Shown here in pieces: positions 10,585-21,766 of a DNA stretch of 64,000 nucleotides. The stretch is taken from positions 1 through 64,000 of the forward strand of contig CDROCS010000933.1 of the NCBI GenBank assembly GCA_977020255.1, in the 5' to 3' direction. Below the pieces are notes generated by a model that was not told the DNA's origin, did no database searches, and saw only the letters and a list, made by a program, of their open reading frames with translations. This DNA is from Obrimoposthia wandeli (lineage: Eukaryota). The stretch's first letter is position 1; every line of letters begins with the position of its first letter. A program made the translations under genes and the position numbers.

Positions 10585-11042
10585 CATAAGTAAATTATAG
10601 CAATAACATATTAAGGACAACACGTACTTCATCATGGATCGCAAATGGATGCAGAAGCAGGGCTGCGGTGAATACTTATCGGTGGAGATACTTGCTTTTA
10701 TGGTAAAGGATGTCATTAACTATAACTCACTTATGTCCAACTATGGCTTAGTGTAATAATGCTAAGCCTGTAATCACAGTAATCACAGTAATCACTGTGA
10801 CCACCAGGCGTTAAATCGAACTTTCCGTGAGACACTCGTTTCATATCTAGTAATTCAATGCCGCGATCATGACGAAAATCTATTTTTAAAATGTCTCTAC
10901 AAAATACAAATAAGACCCTCATCTCAGCCACACTTAATACCTACTTTTTTGTAAAATAACCTAAACGAACGCTTTGTTGAATGGGTGTTTATATTGAATA
11001 AGCAGTGGCGGTTATACTTTAATATGGAAGTTAGGTGAAACA

Positions 11043-11435
11043 ATGAGTTTTTGGACAAAAGCATTTGGTGGCGCGGCTGCAGAGCCAATTGATGCACTGG
11101 GTTCTGCAGTGGATAAAATATTCACTAATGATGAAGAACGGATGCAGGCACAAGCGGTGCTCGATAAAATTTCGCAACAACCGGCTATTCTACAGACCGA
11201 GATTAATAAGATTGAAGCTCAGCATCGCTCACTCTTTATCGCGGGTTGGCGGCCTGCTATTGGTTGGGTATGCGCTATCGGTCTTGCCTTTCCTTTTATC
11301 CTGAATCCGTTAATAGAGTGGAGTGGTGGCACAGGGCCTAAAATACCAATGGATCAACTCATGGAGTTAGTCGTGGCACTACTTGGGCTTGGCACATTGC
11401 GAACATTTGAAAAGCTGGCGGGTAGGGCAAAATAA
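11043..11435 (+). CDS. 3TM holin family protein (GTA_holin_3TM-like), copy 1, intact
   Basis: Amphipathic N-terminus, then EAQHRSLFIAGWRPAIGWVC and C-terminal LLGLGTLRTFEK, characteristic of this holin family; SD AGGTGA. Confidence 0.8.
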   Translation: MSFWTKAFGGAAAEPIDALGSAVDKIFTNDEERMQAQAVLDKISQQPAILQTEINKIEAQHRSLFIAGWRPAIGWVCAIGLAFPFILNPLIEWSGGTGPKIPMDQLMELVVALLGLGTLRTFEKLAGRAK

Positions 11436-11661
11436 CAGGTATTATCCACGGCAAGCGATGTGGCAGGCAAAGACAATGGTGTTTTATGTTTAGTCTTAAC
11501 GAAATACCACAGTAAGCAACTGTTATAAGTCACATTATCCATATTAACGTTTAATTAATGAGTGTTGCTTGATTTAACTCAGAGTCAAGCATGTACCTCT
11601 TTGGTATTATCGTTGATAAATAACAGGCCTAATTGTATAGGCTTGATATACATAGGGATTT

Positions 11662-12774
11662 ATGATGGCTAGTGTTAATGAACAACGTTTGGTTGAGCAT
11701 TTTTGTGACTTGGTTAAGATTGATAGTGAATCGAGAAATGAAAAACAAATTTCCGAAACATTAGCGAATCAACTCGCTGAATTAGGATTTGAAGTACATC
11801 GATTAGCGGTGCCAACTGCAGTCTCCAATGGCTTTAATATCTATGCCAAACTGCCAGGCACGCTTGATGGAAGCACTGTATTTAGCTGTCATATGGACAC
11901 TGTAACACCAGGTGTTGGTATCGAACCCGTTATAGTTGATGGAATCATTCGCTCAAAAGGTAACACTATTCTTGGCGGAGATGATAAATCGGGTATCGCG
12001 GCAATTATGGAAGCCATCCGCTGCGTTAAAGCTGAAAAACTGGCGCACAAAACGATTGAAATTGCTTTTACAGTTTATGAGGAAGGTGGCTTATTTGGTT
12101 CATTGAACTTTGATATGTCATACATTGAATCTAAAAACGCGATTGTTTTAGATACTGGCGGACCAATTGGAACAATTGTTAATGCTGCACCAGGACAGCA
12201 AAAGATTGTAGCTACCATTACCGGGCGTCCTGCCCATGCGGGTTTAGCACCTGAAGACGGAATTAGTGCTATTCAAGTTGCAGCAGATGCAATCACCAAA
12301 ATGAACTTACTTCGTATCGATCACGAAACAACTGCAAATATTGGTGTTGTAGAAGGTGGTCAAGCCACCAATATAGTGATGCCTGAATTAAAAGTTGTCG
12401 CCGAGGCTCGCTCTCTGAATAATGAAAAATTGGTAGCACAAGTCCAGCATATGATTTCAGTTTTCAAAGAAAGTGCAGATAAGTTTGGCGCTAGTGTTGA
12501 AATAGAATCAACGCGTGCTTACGATGCTTTTGTGATAGAGGATGAACACCCACACATTCATTCAATCAAAGCTGCTTTTGAACGTCTTGGCATTGCCCCT
12601 AATACAAAAGGTAGCGGTGGCGGTAGTGATGCAAACAACTTTAATGCTAAGGGGTTAACTACCGTTAACTTATCTACTGGTATGGCAAAAGTTCACACGA
12701 CAGAAGAGCATATTGCAGTGAAAGACATGGTTTCTATTACCGAGTTTGTTGTTGAGTATATAACCTTCAGTTAA
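11662..12774 (+). CDS. M20/M25/M40 family metallopeptidase (peptidase T-like)
   Basis: Metal-ligand motifs SCHMDTV, LGGDDKSG, EEGGL and VHTTEE; dimerisation-domain motif GRPAHAG. Confidence 0.88.
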   Translation: MMASVNEQRLVEHFCDLVKIDSESRNEKQISETLANQLAELGFEVHRLAVPTAVSNGFNIYAKLPGTLDGSTVFSCHMDTVTPGVGIEPVIVDGIIRSKGNTILGGDDKSGIAAIMEAIRCVKAEKLAHKTIEIAFTVYEEGGLFGSLNFDMSYIESKNAIVLDTGGPIGTIVNAAPGQQKIVATITGRPAHAGLAPEDGISAIQVAADAITKMNLLRIDHETTANIGVVEGGQATNIVMPELKVVAEARSLNNEKLVAQVQHMISVFKESADKFGASVEIESTRAYDAFVIEDEHPHIHSIKAAFERLGIAPNTKGSGGGSDANNFNAKGLTTVNLSTGMAKVHTTEEHIAVKDMVSITEFVVEYITFS

Positions 12775-12943
12775 CCCTGCTCAACTAGGGTCTTTGCATA
12801 GCTGTGTTTAGAGTTAATAAATGAAGATAGTAATTTGAGTTATTTACTTGAAAAGTTAGCAGACGCAGAAGTAAATGAACTAATGTCTGAAATCATTCTT
12901 GAAGAGAAAGATCATCACTGGGTTAAAGCTGTATAAGTAAAAC

Positions 12944-12968
12944 AAAACCCTCTTAACGAGGGTTTTTT
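12944..12968 (+). terminator. Intrinsic terminator
   Basis: AAAACCCTC-TTAAC-GAGGGTTTTTT. Confidence 0.75.
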
Positions 12969-13154
12969 ATCATCCATATATCCATAAAACACAACACCCA
13001 CTTCAATTTCAGCCATAACTAGTACCTACTTTTTTGTAAAATAATATTAAATAAAACGCTTAGATACATGAATATCTACGGTTAGGTTCTACTTATACGG
13101 AATACATGTTAGAGCACTGGCGGTTATAAGTTAATTTAGGAATTAGGTGAGACG

Positions 13155-14773
<1,619 letters not shown>

Positions 14774-14880
14774 CAGGCATGCGTTTACCTTGTAGCCTTT
14801 AATCGCGAGATCAAAAACGGTATCGACAATAGGTAAAGATCTACTCTCTGGCGGTGAATATTTATTAATATTAGAAACAA

Positions 14881-14906
14881 AAAACGCCAGCAAATGCTGG
14901 CGTTTT
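14881..14906. terminator. Bidirectional intrinsic terminator
   Basis: AAAACGCCAGC-AAAT-GCTGGCGTTTT between convergent genes. Confidence 0.75.
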
Positions 14907-14924
14907 AAAGATTAATGTCAATTA

Positions 14925-15116
14925 TTACATCATACCGATATCACGTAGTAGATGCGGCGATAAGCCTTTTAATTGAATATCTAATGATGTTTCTTTTTTA
15001 TTACTAAATAAAATGTCTTTAGTGTGTTTAATCAGTCCTTTGATAGAAACAGCATAAGCTTTTTTATCTAAAGCCAAATCTTGTGGGATCATATTGATGT
15101 GCGCTGCGTGTGCCAT
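14925..15116 (-). CDS. Small DUF1127 (YjiS-like) protein
   Basis: 63 aa ending LKGLSPHLLRDIGMM, which matches the L-S-x-x-L-L-x-D-I-G DUF1127 signature; SD AGAGG upstream. Confidence 0.65.
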   Translation of the reverse strand: MAHAAHINMIPQDLALDKKAYAVSIKGLIKHTKDILFSNKKETSLDIQLKGLSPHLLRDIGMM

Positions 15117-16119
15117 ATTAGCCTCTACCTGAATTTAATAATTTATGTTTTAACTGGGTGATGTATTTGCTCATCTGGTGAACATAGTAGCGCATTAAAT
15201 AACCATGCAATAATGATAAAAATTATTACTAAGCATTAGTTTTACTTATGTATTTGACGCCGCCAGTCGCTTAATAAATAATCATTCACTTTAATTGCAT
15301 ATAAATTGGGTTATTTACTCCAAAGGTAGTTAAATTAAGCATTTGTCACATTGGCGTAACAATTTTACGTTATTAAAATAGCCATAATATAGCAATAAAA
15401 AATAATTCTGAGTCTTTAATATTCAACATAGATGAATTTAATTCATTAGATATACTATTGCTTTGAATTGCGTTTTACATACGTATTTCGTGTATTTTTT
15501 AGTGAATTGAAATTATTTGGTCGATTTTATTAACATATAAAAGAAATAAGTGACTTGCACTTATGTAAACGTTAATTTAGTGACATAAAATTCAGCGGAA
15601 TATTTATTATGTTTTATCCGCCCAATCTAGTCAGATAAAAATGTGCGGTTCAGTAATTTTAGAAACTAACTATTCAGCCATACCTAAATAAGCCAACACA
15701 AAAACCAATGTCGGTTCTAAATAAGTTCATAAACCAAACAGGCTAAGTGCAGCATTTGCGAGGCGTATAAAAACAATAGCATGGGTAGTGTGCCATTTCT
15801 GTCCATGTATGGCTTAGGCATCTATTCATCAATTATATACTTCGGTTCGCCATACCACTACTGCTCACGTGAAGACGATTTATAGTCTGATATGAAATCA
15901 TCTGTTAATGGGGTCGGTAATCATAAGATAATTAATTATCGTGATAGCTTACTGTTAAACCAAGTTCAGCATCAAAGGTAGCGATGAGATAACTATAGAT
16001 ATGTTATAAGTTTTAGCGCACAAAACAGAACTATTTAAAGCTCTCAAGAAGGCGATAATTTGATAATGAATTATCGCCTTGTTACTATTAAGAGACTTTA
16101 AATGACTGAGATATAAGAT

Positions 16120-16869
16120 ATGACACGGAAGAACATATTGATCACAGGCGCAAGTTCAGGGCTGGGCCGAGGTATGGCCATCGAATTTGCAAAATCAGGT
16201 CATAACTTAGCACTTTGTGCACGTAGGCTTGATAATTTAGTTGTACTGAAAGCAGAACTCTTAGCCCTCAATCCCCACATCAAAATCAAAATTAAACCTC
16301 TTGATGTCAACGAACATGAACAAGTATTCACTGTTTTCCATGAATTCAAAGCTGAATTTGGTACGCTTGATCGTATTATCGTTAATGCTGGATTAGGCAA
16401 GGGCGGATCCCTGGGTACAGGTTTTTTCAAAGCTAATCTGCAAACAGCACAAACCAATTTTATTGCGGCGCTCGCACAGTGTGAAGCGGCGCTCGAAATC
16501 TTTAGGGCGCAAAATGCTGGGCACTTAGTGACTATTTCTTCTATCAGTGCAGTACGAGGATTCCGCCGTGCGTTAACTGTGTATGCAGCCACTAAAGCAG
16601 CACTAACATCATTAACTGAAGGCATCAGGATTGACGTGATGGATACGCCAATAAAAGTGAGTTGTGTCCATCCTGGATTTATTCGCACTGAGATGAATGA
16701 AAAAGTAAAAACAGCCCCCTTCATGATAGATGCTGAAGCGGGTTGCAAAGCGATAGTGAAAGCCATTAATAAAGAAAAAGCGAATAGCTATGTACCAAGT
16801 TACCCTTGGGCTATTATGCATTTACTGCTACGTGTGGCACCTACGAGTTTGATCCGAAAAATGAGTTAA
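16120..16869 (+). CDS. Short-chain dehydrogenase/reductase (SDR)
   Basis: TGASSGLG, VNAG, catalytic S and YAATK. Confidence 0.92.
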   Translation: MTRKNILITGASSGLGRGMAIEFAKSGHNLALCARRLDNLVVLKAELLALNPHIKIKIKPLDVNEHEQVFTVFHEFKAEFGTLDRIIVNAGLGKGGSLGTGFFKANLQTAQTNFIAALAQCEAALEIFRAQNAGHLVTISSISAVRGFRRALTVYAATKAALTSLTEGIRIDVMDTPIKVSCVHPGFIRTEMNEKVKTAPFMIDAEAGCKAIVKAINKEKANSYVPSYPWAIMHLLLRVAPTSLIRKMS

Positions 16870-16974
16870 CACGCTATCGTTACTGCTTCAATAGTTAATC
16901 TGGCTTCAACTCCCAGCAACACATAACAGAACTAATACGAAGATGCGTAGGGTACTGCGCTTACCTTATCCCAA

Positions 16975-17194
16975 TACTGAGTTGGGTGTTAGTCCACAAA
17001 CTGTCGGTCGTCAAGTTGCTAATTTAGAGCTTGAGATCGGCACCACACTTCTTATCAAGCACCCTACAGGTTACCAACCAACTACAGATGGTTTATTATT
17101 TTACCGAGAAGCCGAAAATGTCGAAAAAGCGTTAGCGTCTCTAAACTCAAATTTTTACTACCATTTATTATGCCCTCAACAATTAGAAGTTTGA
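16975..17194 (+). pseudogene. LysR-type regulator, HTH fragment only
   Basis: ELGVSPQTVGRQVANLELEIGTTLLIKHPTGYQPTTDG matches the LysR wHTH; the start and the whole effector domain are missing. Confidence 0.7.
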
Positions 17195-17572
17195 ATTGAT
17201 AATAGAATTTTTGTTCCTATTATCATTTAATCCCGTAGTATATGAAATCATTAGCAAGTATCTAATAGTTAAAGAAAATGTTTATGTTAAGTAATAAAGA
17301 CATAAAGTTGATTACCAAAGAAATTCTGGAAGAGAGTTTTTAATTATTTTAGCAAAGTAAAAAAGAAACTAAGCATATTATTTTGGATCGATTGTTTCCA
17401 GTAACGCGTAGAACGACCTCTGTTACATCTGGCTTGCAGACAAGCTTAAGAATTTATTGGGACTTAGCATAAAGCTTGCTCCAAGACGTGGTTTTACAAT
17501 ACTGGATAACCAAAGCCTGATGAAGCCTAGACCTCACACATTTTAACTTTCTGCCCACTAATATTTATAGGA

Positions 17573-18337
17573 ATGAATTACATGCCCTTCGAATTATTTG
17601 ATTTTGAAAATAAACCGATAAGTTTTAAAAATTTAGAGAATAAAGCTTTTTGGTGTGATCATGGTGAAGCTCAAGAGATTGCATTTGTTTCGACTTTCGC
17701 TAAATTACAGAAAAATGGTTTAATAAATAGCCCTGAAATAATCCGGATTCATCCAGAAAAAGAAACCAACCCTTATCATCCCGACCTGCAATTGAATGGC
17801 AATATTATAGGGGAAGTAAAAACTAAAAATTCGCCTTTATTTATGGCTAATACTTATGGAGTCAACCCTCAATATGCACTTACAATGGATTTAAAGGATT
17901 CATTTAACTACAACAGACTCTTGCGGTTAGGAGTTGATGTGGTGATATATATTTGGGTCAAGTGGGAAGCGAAATCTATGGTTACGGAGCATCAAAAATA
18001 CCAGGTGGGTCAATTAGCTGGTATTTGGAGGGTTAATTTTTCAGCTCTTAGAGAATTTGAAATTAGTAACCCTCCTCCTATTCATTGGTATCGTGAAAGT
18101 TTTAGGACTCCGCCTACATACCATCTTAACGCCTCAAAAGAGCAAAGTTGGATTCAAGAGTTATTAAGTTTTGAACCAAGATTACTAGATGGAAAAACTA
18201 ACCGAGTTAAAAACATTACCTCAGATGGCTACTTGGAAAGAGATAAGTTATACACATCAGGGCACTCATCATGCAGTTATGTTTTTGATTTAAGTAATGA
18301 GAGTTTATTTACTAAATTGTATTCAAACGAGCTTTAA
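17573..18337 (+). CDS. Hypothetical protein, probable PD-(D/E)XK nuclease
   Basis: Intact 254-aa AT-rich ORF with an N-terminal helix E (HGEAQE) and HPDL...GEVKTK, fitting the PD-x(n)-E-x-K pattern. Confidence 0.6.
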   Translation: MNYMPFELFDFENKPISFKNLENKAFWCDHGEAQEIAFVSTFAKLQKNGLINSPEIIRIHPEKETNPYHPDLQLNGNIIGEVKTKNSPLFMANTYGVNPQYALTMDLKDSFNYNRLLRLGVDVVIYIWVKWEAKSMVTEHQKYQVGQLAGIWRVNFSALREFEISNPPPIHWYRESFRTPPTYHLNASKEQSWIQELLSFEPRLLDGKTNRVKNITSDGYLERDKLYTSGHSSCSYVFDLSNESLFTKLYSNEL

Positions 18338-18479
18338 TATTAAAAGTGCTTTAAAAAGTAGTGAAGAAGAGGCTGTTTATTGGTTATCCTTATTTTATCC
18401 AATATCACACCTGAACTTCACTTTCTACCCAAATCATTGATTTACCTCTTTCACTTCAGCTTTAAAACCCGTGGGCAAT

Positions 18480-18780
18480 CGTTAAATGCCCTGACAAGTA
18501 ATTCTGCTGATTTTATTGGATTAGCGCGTGCACTGGTATTGGATCCTGAACTTCCAAATGACTGGTTAAACAGCGTTGATAGTGAGGTTGAATTTCCTCG
18601 ATTTGAGACCCCTCCTCAAGGTGGTATTACGGCTTGGTATACTATGTATTTAACCGCAATAGGGAATGATAATGAAAAAAAGTAACGCTTGATCTGTCAT
18701 TAGCTATTCGCCAATACGAGCAGCGTGATGCGAACCGTGTGTCAGCTGGCAACGAAAATTTACATGTTATTCATTATTAT
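18480..18780 (+). pseudogene. NADH:flavin oxidoreductase (OYE-like) C-terminal fragment
   Basis: ADFIGLARALVLDPELPNDW...PRFETPPQGGITAWYTMYLTAIG, continuing after a frameshift as ...TLDLSLAIRQYEQRDA; the N-terminal TIM barrel is absent. Confidence 0.65.
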
Positions 18781-18799
18781 AGGTTAGTCGTAGCGTCTC

Positions 18800-19309
18800 T
18801 TACTGTTCATCTTTATCGAAAGAAAATTCAAGCTTTGCTAATGAGTGGGATACTGCAGCAAGACGCATTACTGCATCAATATTCTCATCCGTTGCACCAG
18901 AATTTAACAACGACATCGCATGTGAACGTAGGCACATATGCCCGCCATTAATCACCGATACCGCAATGCAGGCGAAGTGATAAGCGGCTTCATTAGCGAC
19001 TTTAATGTCATCAAAAGAACGAAAGTTTAATGCCTCTAATGTGCCTCCCGCATTCAGATCCAAATATTGGCGAGAAACAAAATAAGGATTGGTCACACCC
19101 ATTCTTGCCACGGAGAATAAAATAGCTCGCTTTTGTTCTTGAGTGGGTTTTCCTATCCAGCTTTCAACCAAATTTTCTACGTGGGTGCTTTGTACTGTGT
19201 ATACTGCGGCCCATGCCGAAAATATGATGCTTTCTTTATCTAAACCAGGGGTGTTTTGTAAAATGCTTTTTAACAGGTTTTCTTGGTCAATACGGGCGTC
19301 TAACATCAT
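18800..19309 (-). CDS. AhpD/carboxymuconolactone decarboxylase-like protein
   Basis: AVSVINGGHMCLRSH...GAT.ENI.AVMRLAAV aligns with AhpD AVSAINGCSHCLVAH. Confidence 0.7.
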   Translation of the reverse strand: MMLDARIDQENLLKSILQNTPGLDKESIIFSAWAAVYTVQSTHVENLVESWIGKPTQEQKRAILFSVARMGVTNPYFVSRQYLDLNAGGTLEALNFRSFDDIKVANEAAYHFACIAVSVINGGHMCLRSHAMSLLNSGATDENIDAVMRLAAVSHSLAKLEFSFDKDEQ

Positions 19310-19488
19310 TTATTCTTACTCTTTATAATTGCATTAAGAATGATTATATACTTTATCACTTTAATTTCAGGCTAACGATATTTTAATCATTTAGATCAGA
19401 CCATCATAACTCTTATCTAGAACAATCTTAAAAAGGTAAATACTGTAGAATGCTTGCACAACGTTTCAAGTTTTAAAGGTTCGAAAAA

Positions 19489-20235
19489 GTGATGAAGTCT
19501 AATATTTGGATCAAGGCAGGTATAGTCATCATATATGGTTCATCTATAGATGCCTCTCCTCATCGTCATCATGCAATTCAGTTGGCTTGGCCCCGAGATG
19601 GTTATTTTTGCAAACTCGATAATAAAGCGGTATCGACGCCTTTAATCATTGGTTCTAACGTGGAGCATCAATTACAAATTGATGCGGGTTGGATATTGCT
19701 GGTGGAACCCACTAGCGAGCTAGGACAGGCTCTCTCTGTTAAATTGTTAGATCAGCCATCAAAAACATTCAAGATTGCCTCAGCTACTTTTAATCATGCA
19801 GAGCCAACCGATGACTTAACAGTATTGCTTTCGCCTTTATTCGAAGGGTTAGGGCTCTCAAATCAATTCCCGCTGATAAATGAAAGCAAAGTTGTGGATC
19901 ATCGAATCAAAGCGTTATTGCGTGAACTTGATCAATGTCTAGAGGGTGAGTGCATCAAGCCGAGTAATTGGCGTGCTTCTGAAGTTGCTGAAAACCTCGC
20001 TTTATCGGAAAGTCGTTTTCTGCACTTATTTAGTCAAGAACTGGGTGTTCCTTGGCGACCATATCTGTTGTGGTGTCGCATGACATGCGCCGTTAGGGCT
20101 ATATTAAATGGTCATTCAGCAACAGACGCTGCGCATTTAGCTGGGTTCTCCGATAGCGCACATTTAAGCCGGACGTTTCGCCAGACGTTTGGCATGACAA
20201 TTAGTCAAGCCAAGGCTATTTTTCGTCAACGTTAG
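19489..20235 (+). CDS. AraC-family transcriptional regulator
   Basis: C-terminal double HTH: LALSESRFLHLFSQELG...AAHLAGFSDSAHLSRTFRQTFG; N-terminal PHRHHAIQ. Confidence 0.9.
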   Translation: MMKSNIWIKAGIVIIYGSSIDASPHRHHAIQLAWPRDGYFCKLDNKAVSTPLIIGSNVEHQLQIDAGWILLVEPTSELGQALSVKLLDQPSKTFKIASATFNHAEPTDDLTVLLSPLFEGLGLSNQFPLINESKVVDHRIKALLRELDQCLEGECIKPSNWRASEVAENLALSESRFLHLFSQELGVPWRPYLLWCRMTCAVRAILNGHSATDAAHLAGFSDSAHLSRTFRQTFGMTISQAKAIFRQR

Positions 20236-20304
20236 CCAGTTTATTCAATTTTTTCATTAACGCTTTGGTTATGCTCCTTACATATTCAATAACAGGAGTT
20301 AGTC

Positions 20305-21036
20305 ATGAGCGAATTATCAAAAGAATACCGACAAGAAACGTCAATGCTGGATTTTAACCATCCACATATACAAAGCCTGATCGAGCAAAGAAAATGGCAA
20401 AGTCTGTCTCAATATGATGCCATTGGCGCGATCTATCATTTTGTTCGAGATGAGACTCGTTTTGGCTATAACAAGGATGATCGTTTGACGGCAAGTCAAG
20501 TATTAAAAGATGGTTACGGACAGTGCAATACCAAAGGCACATTATTAATGGCATTGCTTCGTGCTGTAGGTATTGCTACCCGCTTTCACGGTTTTACTAT
20601 TTATAATGATCTACAGCGAGGAGCTATCCCAAACTATCTTTTCAGGGTTGCACCGCCTCGTATTATCCATAGCTGGGTGGAAGTTTATCAAGCTGGACGT
20701 TGGATTAACTTAGAAGGTTATATTTTAGATAAGGATTATTTAAAGCAAATTCAAAGCCATTTTTCTAATCAAAGTAAATCATTCTCAGGTTACGGTATTG
20801 CGACGAAATGTTTATCTAATCCAGACATCGATTGGAAAGGCGAAGATACCTATATTCAGAGTGAAGGTATTGCCGATGATTTTGGTATATACACCCAACC
20901 CGATGATTTTTATTCAAGCTATGGCAGTAATCTCTCTGGTATTAAAAAAGTGATGTTTCGTTATGTGCTTCGCCACTTAATGAATTTTAATGTAAATAAA
21001 ATCCGTACCAAGGGCATCAGCAATAAAAGCAAATGA
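20305..21036 (+). CDS. Transglutaminase-like superfamily protein
   Basis: [30 protein letters not shown] and LEG give a Cys-His-acid triad. Confidence 0.88.
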   Translation: MSELSKEYRQETSMLDFNHPHIQSLIEQRKWQSLSQYDAIGAIYHFVRDETRFGYNKDDRLTASQVLKDGYGQCNTKGTLLMALLRAVGIATRFHGFTIYNDLQRGAIPNYLFRVAPPRIIHSWVEVYQAGRWINLEGYILDKDYLKQIQSHFSNQSKSFSGYGIATKCLSNPDIDWKGEDTYIQSEGIADDFGIYTQPDDFYSSYGSNLSGIKKVMFRYVLRHLMNFNVNKIRTKGISNKSK

Positions 21037-21344
21037 TGGCCTTACCGTATTTACTGGTTGTGCTCATAGCGGGGTGCTCAATATGATTGAAACCGCAATT
21101 GAATTGTTCCCGAACACCAGAATTAAGGCTGTTGTCGGTGGATTTCATTTGGTCGGATTACCTTTATTTAATAGTATTGGTGGGACCAAGGAAGACATTG
21201 AGGCTATCGGTGAAACCATGCTCACTTATCAATAGATAAGCTCTATACTGGCCATTGTACGGGCATGAAAGCCTATGACATATTAAAAGGCGTACTTGGT
21301 GATCCCCTTGATACTTCCCGACAGGGCGCCGCGTAACCATCTGA
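21032..21344 (+). pseudogene. MBL-fold metallohydrolase C-terminal fragment
   Basis: [19 protein letters not shown]...VVGGFHL...(frameshift)LYTGHCTG; begins inside the last codons of the transglutaminase gene, with no 5' half. Confidence 0.75.
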
Positions 21345-21659
21345 TTGTCAAAGATTGGAACGCTCTATTCGATCGGGTAGCAAGACGGCAACGATCCGCG
21401 ATAAGTCCGACTGCAGATGATTTATTTTTTATAAGTTTCAGCGTTTTAAGTATCGATTGAATCTTCATGTTTATTGCGCAGCCGATCTAAACTTTGTGAA
21501 TTCCAAAGTGTATATGGTGTTGTAACGAGAAAAATCATCTAACAAGGTTTTGCCATCAAAGCTTAGCCTGACCGTTCAAGATAAGCTTTTATATATGTAG
21601 GCAGTAAAATTAACACTGGTGTGGATACTTTTGATTCTGTAAAGTCAAGAGTATCAGCC

Positions 21660-21756
21660 TCTTAACAAGTGGTTCAAATGGGACAGAAAACAGTTGGATT
21701 TTGCTCCTTCGTCGCTAATTTTAGCCAACAAATTTTGCCTCTTAACGAGCTTTGGT
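21660..21756 (+). other. Degenerate integron attC-like site
   Basis: R'' TCTTAAC, 5-nt spacer, L'' GTTCAA (extra C), inner GTTGG...CCAAC stem, L' TTAAC, decayed R' (GAGCTTTGG instead of GCGTT). A preceding reading frame stops at the TAA inside R''. Confidence 0.55.
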
Positions 21757-21766
21757 ATAAACAAAT

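Noticed and set aside
10770-10797. 9-bp tandem repeat GTAATCACA x3
   Set aside because: Short intergenic microsatellite; the overlapping 66-aa minus ORF has no recognisable features.
13112-13128. 14/17 match to the lambda OL1 operator upstream of holin copy 2
   Set aside because: A rough chance estimate over both strands and six lambda operators is near 1 expected hit, and no CI/Cro gene is nearby. Kept only as a conserved paralog motif.
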